From Cyanophora paradoxa CCMP329 (lineage: Eukaryota; Plantae; Glaucophyta): a stretch of DNA of 64,000 bases. The notes under the pieces are model-generated. The model made no database searches. It was not told the origin of the DNA and saw only the letters and a list, made by a program, of their open reading frames with translations. The stretch spans positions 417,379-481,378 of the forward strand of contig QPMI01000470.1 of the NCBI GenBank assembly GCA_004431415.1, read 5' to 3'. The position numbers and the translations under genes were made by a program. Positions 11,501 through 22,145 of this stretch are shown here, piece after piece; position 1 is the stretch's first letter, and each line of letters starts with the position of its first letter.

Positions 11501-14500
11501 GGGGGCGCGCGCCAGCATGCATATGGGGGGGCAGAGGGTGGGGAAGGGGCGGGGGGGAGGGAGGCGGGGGTGGGGAAGCACGCGCCAGCATCGGGGGCAG
11601 GGCCTCGGCGCGCCCGGCGGCCTCCATCTCGCGCCTGTACCGCTCCCGCTGCTCCGGCGACGTGTCCAGCATCGCCTGCAGAAAGGCAATTAATATTATA
11701 ACTTATTCCCGATAACTATTAGGTTCTAATTGTATAAAAGACGTGTCCAGCATCTCGTGCAGAAAGGCAATTTAAAGGGGCCGGGGCAGGCAGCTGCAGG
11801 AAGCTAAAGCTTCGAATTCCGGGGCCGGATCGGACCTGTGGGAGCCAGAGGCCTATGTATAGCTATAGCCTAGAAGCTAGCTATCTAGACCTTTAAGGCA
11901 TAGCCATATGCATCACCTAGTACAAAGATCTAACTTGAGCTTCTCATACGTTTTCTCATACGCATCGGACCTGGAGGAGCCATAGGCGGAAGGGCACACC
12001 GACGACCTGCTGCGGCTCCGCGTGCACCACCTGCACCTGCGCGCTCCTGCATGTTAGGTTCTAATTTCATAATCGAAGGAGGTGGAGGGGCGGGGGGGAA
12101 AGGCCGGGGGAGGTGGGGCAGGGGGGAGGTGGGGGGGGGAGGGGGGAGGGGGAGTGTGGGGGGGGGGGGGGGGCGGGTGGGGTGGTTGGGGGGGTTGGGG
12201 GGTTGGGGGAGGGAGGGAGGCCCGGGGGGAGCCGGCGGGAGGGGGGGGTGGGGTGGGGGGGGTGGGTGGGGTGGGGGGGGGGGGGGGGGCGGAGGTGGGG
12301 GGCGGTGTACATGTGTGTGTGTGTGTGTGTGTGGGGGGGGGAGGGGGGTGGGGGGGGGGGGGTCGCCAGCAGCGCACCGCGTCCTCGTCCTCCGGGCTGA
12401 AGTGGATCGCCGCCCCCAGCGCCGTCGTCACCTGCGGGGGCCCCCGGGCCCTCCCCGTTCGAAGAATCCCGAGGCGGCGCCTTCGAATTCGATCCGGACT
12501 CTATAGAAGAGGCCGACTCTAAAAGGGTCTAAAGAACTCTAATAAAAGGGACCGCGAACTTTCCAGCCTCTAATCATAAGCTCCCAATTGCAAAGAATCA
12601 ATGAAGCACCTCTTGGAGGGAGTTCTTGAAGTAGAGGAGCTGGGTGGGGTCCACGCGGATGCGGTGGCACGCGTCCTCGATCTCGTCCCGCGCCGTCTTC
12701 GGCGCCAGCGGCAGCCACCTGCGCGAAGGGGAGGGTCGCGCTTGAATTCAGGTTCCCTCGTATCAGGGTTCAGGTACGGCGAGTTAGTGCTCCTGGCGCC
12801 GGCCACATGCATAGCTCAGCGTAACTTTTAGCGTTAGGTGCACGTGCGCGCTTTAGCTCAGCTTATAATTAGATATATTTGCATATGCTCATATATAGTT
12901 TATTTGGCTTCGTGCTAGAGATCTGGATCTAGAGCGTCGCTTCTTGCTTGTCAGACGGAGGGCGCACCCGAACAGGAGCTCCTCAGAGCGTGAGAACTCG
13001 GGGGGCAGCCTCCTCTTAGCTTAGCTTAAGATTATCTATATATGCATCTTAAGATTAGCTTATAATTAGCGCCGTCTTTGGCGCCAGCTTGCAATTGTAT
13101 CTCTCCAATCTAGACATGCTCATATATAGCTTGTATGACAGGGCCTATAGCTATGCTGTCTAGAGAGCGTCGCTTAGGGCGCCGGCGCACCCGAACAGGA
13201 GCTCTTCGGAGCGGCAGAACTCGGGGGGCAGCCTCCCCTGTAGCGACCTGGATGCGCGCGCGGGCCGCAGCCTCGCCGAGTCAGAGATGCATGCCTTCGC
13301 TTTGCTTCACTTCGCTTCGAAGCGAAGTGCGCGAAGGCGGGACCGGGCGGGAGGGGCGGGCCGCAGCATCCTCGCCGAGTCAGAGATTTAGACGCACGCC
13401 TTCACTTTCATTTAGCGCGGCGCCGGCGCCGGCGCGCGAGAAGTGCTCAATCTAACTTGGAGCGCGTCTCATGATAATTATATATGCATGATAATCGTGA
13501 TCACCTGCGGTAGAGGTAGGGCGGGCGGAGGCCGTACTTAGCGGCAATCATCACCGTCCGGATGAGGAGCTGCGCGCACGCACGAATGTGAGGGAGATAG
13601 TCATAAGCGATGAAGCTTAAGGAGCTTAAGCTTAAGGGATGTGGGCGAGCGAAGGGATGGGGGAGGGGGGGGGGGGTGTCCGGATGAGGAGCTGCGTGCA
13701 CGGCGAAGGGATGAGGAAAAGAGAGCTCTAAAGCTTAAGAGGAGCTGCGTGCACGAATATTTAATGTGGGGGAGCGAAGGGATGAAGCTGAAGCGGGGCG
13801 AAGAAATGAAAGCGGGGCGAGGAAGCGATCGGAAGCAGTTCGCTCTACAGAAAGCGATGAAGCGGAGCTCTAAAGACTGAGAGAGGCGCGGAGATCTAAA
13901 GAGAGGTCTGAAGCCTTAGAAGCAGTTATTATCCTTAGAAGCCTTCGAGAAGCGAAGAAGGAGAAAAAGAAACAGAAATTAAAGCAGTTACGAGGCCGAA
14001 GAAGAAGTAGAACTCGATGGACTTGGCGGAGCGCTCCGCCGGCTGCCCGATCAGATCAGATCAGATCAGATCAGATCAGATCAGATCAGATCAGATCAGA
14101 GCGCGCCTTGAGAAGGAAGAGGTAGAGGAAGACGGCGAGGACGGGCGTCGCGTGGAAGATCCAGATCGCCTGCGGCGATTATTTGGGGGGGGAGGGCGAG
14201 GGGGGGGGGGGGGGGGGGGTTAGAGCTCACGGGCGTCATCCTGTGGAGAAGACCGGAAGGTAAGTCAGTGGGCGCGCGGCTACAGGGGCAGACCGCATGC
14301 GCAGGACGGCGGCGGCAGGCCTAAGTCTAGGGCGCGCGGGCGGGGCGGGGCGCGAACCAGTAGAGGCTGCAGCAGGCACAGAGGAGACGGCGATGGAGAC
14401 GGCGGGACACGAGGTCAGCGGCACGGAGTCGCTCGGGGTAGAGGAAAGGGCAAAGAAAGACATGGTTCAGGGCTCTAGCTTTATATAGGTTCAGGGCTCT

Positions 14501-16196
14501 AGCTTTATATAGGCCTAGGGCATTCGAGGGCGAGGGGTACGGGGCGGAAAGAGGGGGAGAGGCATTACGGGAGATTGCGTACCCCCAGAAGTGACGCTGC
14601 GCATCGGTTCCGATCATGATCAGTGAAGAGGTCGGGAGAGGGGGTGGGGGGGGGGGGGGGGCAAGGGGCTACAGGGATACCTGCTTGAGGGCGGAGTACC
14701 CCTGAAAGAAGAGCACGTAGGGCAAGGTGACAGGGAAGAGGAGATGCACTGACGAGAAGCATTGGAAAACAAGAAAGCAATATTAATAAGCGGATAAACA
14801 CCGGCGAACTCCTTCCAGAACTGCTGCCAATGAATCTGAAAGGGATCGGAGTCAGTTTCCGATCCATCCAAATCAAATCCAAGGGCGGGCCGGGGCGAGG
14901 CGGGGCGGGGTCAAAGAAGGGGCGGGGCGGGGCGGGGTGAGTCGGCGCGAGCACCAAGCTTTAGGGCGGGGCGGGCGGCTAAGAGAGCCGACTAGGCGGG
15001 GCGGGGGGCGGCGGCGGGGCGGCAGGGCGGGCGGGGTGGGTCGGCGCGAGCACCAAGCTTTAGGCGGGGCGGGGCGGCTAAGAGAGCCGACTAGGCGGGC
15101 CGGGGCGAGGCGGGGCGGGGTCAAAGAAGGGGCGGGGCGGGGCGGGGTGGGTCGGCGCGAGCACCAAGCTTTAGGCCGGGCGGGGCGGCTAAGAGAGCCG
15201 ACTAGGCGGGGGCGGCGGGGCGGCGGCGGGGCGGGGCGGGGTGGGTCGGCGCGAGCACCAAGCTTTAGCCGGGGCGGGGCGGCTAAGAGAGCCGACTAGG
15301 CGGGGGGCGGCGGGGCGGGCGGCGGGGCGGGGCGGGGTGGGTCGGCGCGAGCACCAAGCTTTAGGGCGGGGCGGGGCGGCTAAGAGAGCCGACTAGGCGG
15401 CCGGGGCGAGCGGGGCGGGGCGGCGGGCGGGGCGGGGTGGGTTGGCGCGGGCATCAAGCACGGGGCGCCGGCGGGGCGGCAGGGCAGGGTGGTCCCGTCG
15501 TGGGGGGCGTAGGGGGGGGGGGGGGGGGGGGGGGACCACTTAAGAGATCTGGGGTCAGCTTCTAATTCGGAAGTCGTTCAGCTAGAGATCGTAGGTTTCA
15601 GATGAGATCCAGGGGCGGGGCGGGGCGGGCCTTGACGCGCAGCATGACGCCGGAGGAGGAGTCCAGTCCCTGCACGGCGCGCGAGTGCGCCGCGCTCGAG
15701 CCCCCCGCGCCCGCTCCCGCCGCGCCCCGACGCGCCCTCGCGAGTGGCGGTCCCGCGCTCACGGAGCCGGCCGCCTGCAGCTGCGGTCGGCCGCTTTCGT
15801 CAGATCTAGAGATGCGCCAACTCCGATCAGATCGGCGCGCACCGCCGTCGTCGACGCCGCGTCTTGCAGCGGCGCTGTAGACGCCCAGGCTCCGTACGCG
15901 TGCGAGCTCTGGCCGTAAGGCGGGCTGGCGGCCGCGGGCGGCCCCTCGGGGCCCGGGCCGCGCTCGGAATTCGAATGGGAGGCGTGCCGCATGCGGACGC
16001 CGTGCTGCTGTTGCTGGCCATGGGCGTACGCGTACGCGTACGAGGCCGAGGAGGCGGAATTCGAAACCGACGAGGCAGCGCCCGAGATCAACGCCGGGTC
16101 CGCGTGCTGCAGCTGCTCGGGCGACGGCCATGGATCCTGTCCCGGCTGGCCTTGCTCCTGGTCTCCGAGCTCCACGACCCGCACGTCGCCCGCCAT
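5572..16196 (-). CDS. PHTF-like (7TM ion-channel superfamily) multipass membrane protein, roughly 25 or more small exons
   Basis: Exons found by hand, mostly phase-compatible, a few junctions unresolved. Examples: 14107-14169 AIWIFHATPVLAVFLYLFLLK; ~13505-13570 LLIRTVMIAAKYG; ~8815-8871 GEASDLSLDLKTPTNILAW; ~8407-8436 AQLRRVASQVG; ~7734-7832 LFFLLTVIDVVFFGSCIVLAVLFGALSN; ~6014-6078 ADNKLMPESLVGVRMNFGLLR; ~5840-5885 VASLVLSACILTISQ. Stop TGA at 5572-5574. Confidence 0.65.
7397..7430. repeat. (CTAGTT)n microsatellite in an intron
   Basis: About 5.5 perfect hexamer units. Confidence 0.9.
14049..14100. repeat. (GATCA)n microsatellite filling a 64-nt GC-AG intron
   Basis: About 10 perfect pentamers between the exon boundaries at 14043 and 14106. 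Confidence 0.9.
14885..15480. repeat. Intronic G-rich minisatellite, unit about 95-110 bp, about 6 copies
   Basis: GTCGGCGCGAGCACCAAGCTTTAG...GGCTAAGAGAGCCGACTAGGC recurs at ~14941, 15040, 15152, 15245 and 15342, with a degenerate copy at ~15441. Confidence 0.9.
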
Positions 16197-16791
16197 TGCC
16201 GCGGCGAGCTGCGCCGGAACCTCCGACTCCGAGGATTGGGATTCCGATCGCTGAAGAAGCTTGGTTTTCTGGACGGCGTCGAACTGCAGTTGCAATGCAG
16301 TGCTTTCAGCCGCGCTCGCTGCAGCTGCTGTTGAAGAGATGACGCGTCTGCAACTGGCGCGACCTCACCCCGATCGCGAGCTCCGACTTCGAGTTCCGCG
16401 GCACTTCCGCCGAGCTCAAGAAGTTCAGCAGCAGCGCTCAAGCCTGGCAAGCTTTAATTATAATTTGCAGCGATGTCGAACGCCGGGAGAGCAACCGTCG
16501 AGTCGGCGTCGACGCGAACACGCGCAAGGCGCACGGCCGCGCCCCCGCGGGCCGCGGCGCCTGCTGGCCGCTCGCCTTGATCGCGCTCTCGAGCAGACAG
16601 CTCGCGAGCAGTGGGGGGTACTGACAAGGCTCGCGCTTAGCTATAGGGTACAGCGGCGCCCAGGCGTCGTGCCAGCGCTAGCTCGGGCGAGCCGCAGCAC
16701 ACGCTTCGAGCTTCGGCACACGAAGAGGACCCGGTGACGCGCGGTGGCAAGCCCGCGGCGCCGCTCGCACGTTGAAGCTCCGGCGGGGCCC

Positions 16792-19700
16792 ATGGCGGGA
16801 ACGACGGAGAGACGCGCGCCGGACGGCTCGTTCTTCCGTATGCCGCCGTTCGGCCTCTCGTGCGCGGCCCGCGCGCCCGCCCCGGCCAGCGGACGGCTGA
16901 CTCGAGGGCCGCGCGTCTGTCTTCGCAGGACGGAAGGATTCGCCGCAGAGGACGCGTACGCTGCGGTCAAGTACGCGATCGTGCGGGCGAACTACAGGCT
17001 CTTCCACCTCGAGGGGGACGACGCCGTCCTGCGGGCGGCCGGCGCCGCGCTCTCCGAAGTCTTCGGAGACCCGACGTACGGGATCAGGCGGGAGGACGTA
17101 TTTCTCATCGGGAGCCTCGTGCGTTCGCTTGCAATCCCTTCGTCTCTCGTCTCTCAGCGAGAGCGGACCGCTGAGCGCCGCGCGCGCGCGGGGGCAGTGG
17201 CCCACGGACGCTGCGCCGGAGCGGGTGCGGGCCGCCTGCCAGCACGCGCTCGACCTTCTGCGAACGAAGCGCTTCGACCTCTTCGTCGTCTCGGTACCCG
17301 TCATTCAATGCTTTCGCCCGCCGCCTCTCGGACGCCGTGCGGTTGACGGCCGCGGGCGCCCGCGCCGGCGCCGCGCCGCGCAGTGGCCGGTCGCGTTGAA
17401 GACGGGGCACGGGCGCCTGCCCAAGCCGGGTACAGCGCGCTGCGAGTGCTGCAACCTGTTCATGACCGACTCCATCGTGCGCCGTATCCCCCTCCGAGCT
17501 CTTGCCACCCCTTCCCCCCCCCTTCTCCAACTGCCGCCCAGGTACCCCTCGCGGACACGTGGCGCTCATGTGAGGCCCTCGTCGACGCCAAGCTCACCCG
17601 CGCCATCGGCGTGCGTCCCCGTACCCCCCTATCGATCCGCCGGATCGTACCCCCATCCTCACTGCTGTACCCCCCGCCCTGCCCCGCCCCGCAGCTCGGA
17701 AACGTGGCCCCCGCGCACGTCGCCGATGTCCTCGATTCGTGCCGCATACCCCCCTCCGCCCTCCTGGTCTTTCCTCCCCCCCCCCCAGCCCCCTTCCCCC
17801 CCCTGATGTACCCCGCCAGGTCGAGAGGACGCCGTACCTCCCCCAGCGGCAGCTCCTCGACTTCTGCAAGGAAGAGGTGAGCGCGAACCCCCCGCTGCCC
17901 CCCGCCCCTTCCTGACTACTGTACCCCCCAGGGCGTGGTCCTGGCGGCCCTTCACCCCCTGGGCCCCGCGGAGGCTACCCCGAAGGCCCCCCGCCTCCTG
18001 GAGGAGCCCGCCGTGACGCAGGCCGCCGGCCGCGCCGGCGTATCCCCCGGGCTGGCGCGCCGCGCACCCCGTAACCCCCCCGCGCTCCCCTCACGTATCC
18101 CCCAGGCCCTCCTGGTGCACGCGCGGCAGACCGCGCCCGACTCGCCGCTGCTCCTGGCGGCCCGTACCCAGGACGAGATCCGAGCCGCCATGCGCGCACG
18201 TACCCCTCCCGCTTTCAGAAACACGTACGAACTTAACGTGCCCCCCTAACTTCGTTTGCTCGCAGCGAGTGCCTGCGGCTCGCGGCGCTGCCGGCGGGGG
18301 ACGCCGCGGCGCTCTCGGCGCTTTCGCGGCGCCCCCACCGCTACTTTAACCCCGCGTGCGTCCCGCCGCCTGGCCTGGAACTCTTAGAGAGCTTAGAGAG
18401 CTTAGAGCTTAAGCTTAAGCCACTACGGCGTGCGTGCCGCCCCGGCGGCCGCCTAGTTAGCCATAGCTAGGCGGCCGCCTCAAACCATAGCTAGTTAGCC
18501 CCGGCGGCCGCCTAGCTATGGCCTTGAACTGCATTATTATGAGCTCGGCTACATATATAAGCTCGTCCCGTCGCCTTAATCCTCGCTCTATTCCAGGTCT
18601 ATTCTATCCTCGCCGAGCTAAGCGCTTAAATTCTCTAGCGTTTCCTTCCTTCCTCTCCCCCACCGCTACTTCAACCCGCCCGCGTGCGTCCCGCCGCCTG
18701 GCCTTGAACTCTCTTAATAACCTGGGCTTAACAAATACAAGATTAAGCTTTAGTCACTTTAAGGCGTGCGTCCGGCTGCACTCTCCTACTTCGCTCCAGC
18801 TGAGGCTTTAAGCTTTCGCTTAAGATCTCGCCGCCGGCTATAGCTATCTCCCCCCCCCCCCCCCCCCCCCCCCTCCTCCCCCTCATCCCATCTCCCCTCC
18901 CCTCGCCGCCGCCGCCCCTGAGGAGCCTTTCTTTTCGGGGTGCAGGTGGTGCCCGATGGACGAGCACGACGAGGCGCCCTTCGCCGCCGCCCGCGCCGAG
19001 GGGCAGCCCGAGCCGGGGCCCGAGCCGGCCCGTGCGTGCTAGATCAGATTTGGATCAGAGCACCTGGATTAGATTCTATCATGTGCCTGAATTAGCTATA
19101 GGTCCGCCGCCTGCGCCGAGGAGCCCGAGCCCCGAGCCCGAGCCCCAGCCGGCCCATGCGTGCGCCAGATTAGCTATAGATCCTACTATGTACGTATACC
19201 TGGATTAGATTTTATCAGATTCTGCTATGTAGGTTCAATTCTACTGTGTGCCTGTAAATTTAAAATTCTACAGTTCCTAGTTCTGGAGCTGGAGATCGCC
19301 CAACCCGTAGCTGAGCTCGAGCTCCGAGCTCCGAACCCCGAGGGCCTAGGCCTGGACTACGAGAGCTTTTAAAGCTAAGCTGAGCTAAGCTGATTTAGAG
19401 CTTCACTGGCTAATGAATTTATAAATTAGATAATACCCTAGGGGCCTTAGCTTGAATTGAGGTCGTGTCTGATCACACGAGGCGTCGTCAGAGTCCGGGG
19501 CGGCTGGGGCGCCGCCGGCCACCTCGGCGGTTCCCATCTCCGTGGACTCCCCGGTGCGCGCCCCCCAGCCCCGCCCGGGCCCCGGCCCCGAGCCGCCCCC
19601 CGGGTCCCTTCCCTCTCCCTGCCCTGCTCCTGCCTCATCCCCGCCCGGGCCCTGTCCGCGGGCCGCCGCCCCTTACCCCCCCCTTCCGCCCCTTACCTCC

Positions 19701-20370
19701 CCACGCCAGCCCTGCTCCTGCCTCCTTCCCTCCGAGGGCTCTTCACGCCCACTCCTCGCCCCTCCCTCATCGCCCATCCCCCCCCCCCCCCCCCCCCCCG
19801 CCCCCGCCCCCACCCTCCCCGCCCACCCTTTTCTAAGCCCTCCACCACCACCCTGCCTCCCGCTCCGCCCCGGCCCTCCGCCCGTCGTCTTAGACTGGCC
19901 CTCCGCCCCCTCTGCCGGCCCTTAAGCTTCGCTAACTGAATAGACCAGACCCTCTGAGCTCAGTCTCTGATCGTGCACCGGGCGGGCATGCAGGGCGGGC
20001 CCCGGCGCAAGAACTCGCACACGATGGAGCCCGCGCCAAACGAGGAGGTCCGCGCGCGCCCCCCCGCCCTTGGAGAACGTTGAGGCTCCGAAGTTTCTAC
20101 AATTCTAATTAAATGATTCACGTCCGATGTTCCGCGGCCGGGCGCGCGAAACAAGAGGCCTAAAAGCTCCCTCTCAGCTCTACGAGACAATACTGGCCAT
20201 GGGTCCTATAACTTTCTTCTCACTTCTTTCTTCTCCCTCTTCCGCAGAGCCCCGGGGAGAAGCGGCGGCGCCCCTCGGCGGAGGGCGTCCCCAGCATCCG
20301 CGTCCAGGCCGCCTCGCCGGCGCCCCCGGCCCTCCTCGGCGCAGCGGCCCCCGCGGCCGCTCCGACTTAG
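16792..20370 (+). CDS. Aldo-keto reductase fold protein lacking catalytic residues, with a Pro/Ala/Glu-rich C-terminal tail (multi-exon)
   Basis: MPPFGL..AVKYAIVRANYRLF..IRREDVFLIGSLW..DLFVVSWP..DTWRSCEALVDAKLTRAIGLGN..VERTPYLPQRQLLDFC..PLG..RYFNP follows the AKR scaffold. The 3' tail exons (18946-20370) are less certain. Confidence 0.8.
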
Positions 20371-20840
20371 CCAAGGCTCTACAGCTTAGGTTGCGGTGCA
20401 GTTCATTCCGTTTGCTTTGTACAATCAGTTTAGTTGCATTTAATTTGGAGCATGCGCAGTGCTCATGCGCATGCTTAGATCGATATCATGATCAGTTGTG
20501 AATTAAGAGTCGATTTCATTTCAATAATAATGCAGAGTTCGATTGAATTAGCGGAGGAGTTCGAGAGAATAATAACGCAGCGCCGGAGGAGGGCCGCGAC
20601 CGCCAACAGGGCGAGGAGGCACAGGCACAGGAGCACAACTTTAATAAATTTGGCAAGGGCCTCCCAGCCCCCATTCCCATAATATATCATAATTATATAA
20701 TTTGCCTTGTACAGTCAGTTTAGTTGCATTTGCAGTGGAGTTAATCATCGGATTGATCAGTGGAGTTGCAGTTGCAATCAAATTCACTTGATCATCGGAT
20801 TAATCGGGCCTCGCCATCGGGGGGCGTCATTATAATTATA

Positions 20841-21806
20841 TTAGCGCCAAAGGAAAACCGCGGCCGCCCAGAGGGCGAGGAGGCACAGGCACAGGAGCGC
20901 AGCGGCCTCCCGGCGGGCCCTGCGCCGCCTCTCCAGCCGCTCTTCTTCCTCCCGCCTGGCCCTCCGCCTCTCGCGATCCATCGCCAGCACCTCCTGGCGG
21001 TACCTCCGCTGCGCCTGCTCTCGGACCCGTTCCTCCTCCACGTACGCGTTGTAGGCGAGCTTCGCGTTCTCCACGGCTCGCTCTGCGCGCGATCGCGAGT
21101 CACCGAGTCAAACTCTGAGATCAGATCAGATCAGATCAGATCTAATTTTAATCACGGAACGCACGGTCCTCCCAGCGGCCAGAGCCGAGAAACACGGTCG
21201 ATAAGCACGCCGCCAGGCGCCTGTAGCGCGCCCTGTCCGCCTCGAACTGCGCGGGCTCGCGGCCCCTCCGCTCCGCGATCAGAACGAAGTCCTCCGGCGA
21301 GACGACTTCGGCACGGACGTAGACGCGCCTGCTTATAATAAGCTTGGCCTTAGCTAAATTAAATTAAATTAAATTAAATTAGCGGAACTCGAGACGCGCC
21401 CGCTTACACCGGCCCACGCGCAGAGTTCTTCCAGCCTTCTGAAGAGCCAGAGGCGCCGGTTGTCGAGGCTCTCGTAGGCGTACCGCCCCGCCGCGTCGTC
21501 TGGCCTCAACTTAAGCTTGTAATTAAGCTTGGAATTAATTATAATGAAGATCGCACCTGCGACGCGGACTTTGCGGACCAGAATCGCGGGGAAGGAGCAC
21601 GCGATCTCAACGAGCTCGCGCGCGGGGTCGCCGGCGCGCGCGACCCGCAGGAACCGGTCCCGCAGGGCCTCATAGAGGCGGATTCCGTATCCCAGCGGCT
21701 TGAACTCGCGGCTGATCATCGCCTGCGTGAAGAGGATGCGCGACGGCGGGAGCAGGACGGTCCCGTTGTTGCACACGAGCTCATGATCATGACCAATGTA
21801 CACCAT
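20841..21806 (-). CDS. Uncharacterised protein with a charged coiled coil and C-terminal transmembrane anchor (4 exons)
   Basis: Exons MVYIGHDHELV..., RPDDAAGRYAYESLDNRRLW..., RVYVRAEVVSPEDF... and ...REAAALLCLCLLALWAAAVFLWR* are joined by GT-AG introns. Confidence 0.6.
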
Positions 21807-22145
21807 CGATATCGATATCGAGTTCGATCGCGCCGCTGCAATTCAAACGAGCGTTTCGAGCGAAATTTCGAGCGAAAGGAACGTTCAACCCGGTGACCCG
21901 GTTCGCCTCGGTTTGAGAGGCGTGGCAAGAGATAAAAAAGAAGCGCGCCCAATAAATGCATTGGAGGAATAAGAAGCGATGTGACAGAATATATAGCGCC
22001 CTACGCGGCGGCGAGGACGTGCCTCACACGATCGAGGGCGCCGTCTGGAGCTCGAGGACGAAACCTTTGAGATATATAGCCTCATAGCGGAATTCAAGAA
22101 CATGACATAAATCCGCGCCAAACATCAATACCAATAGCCAGAGCC

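Noticed and set aside
11380-12522. Gly/Pro-rich ORFs and possible telomeric G-tracts
   Set aside because: These are intronic poly-C/poly-G tracts with no fixed telomeric unit. Lengths are probably unreliable in the assembly.
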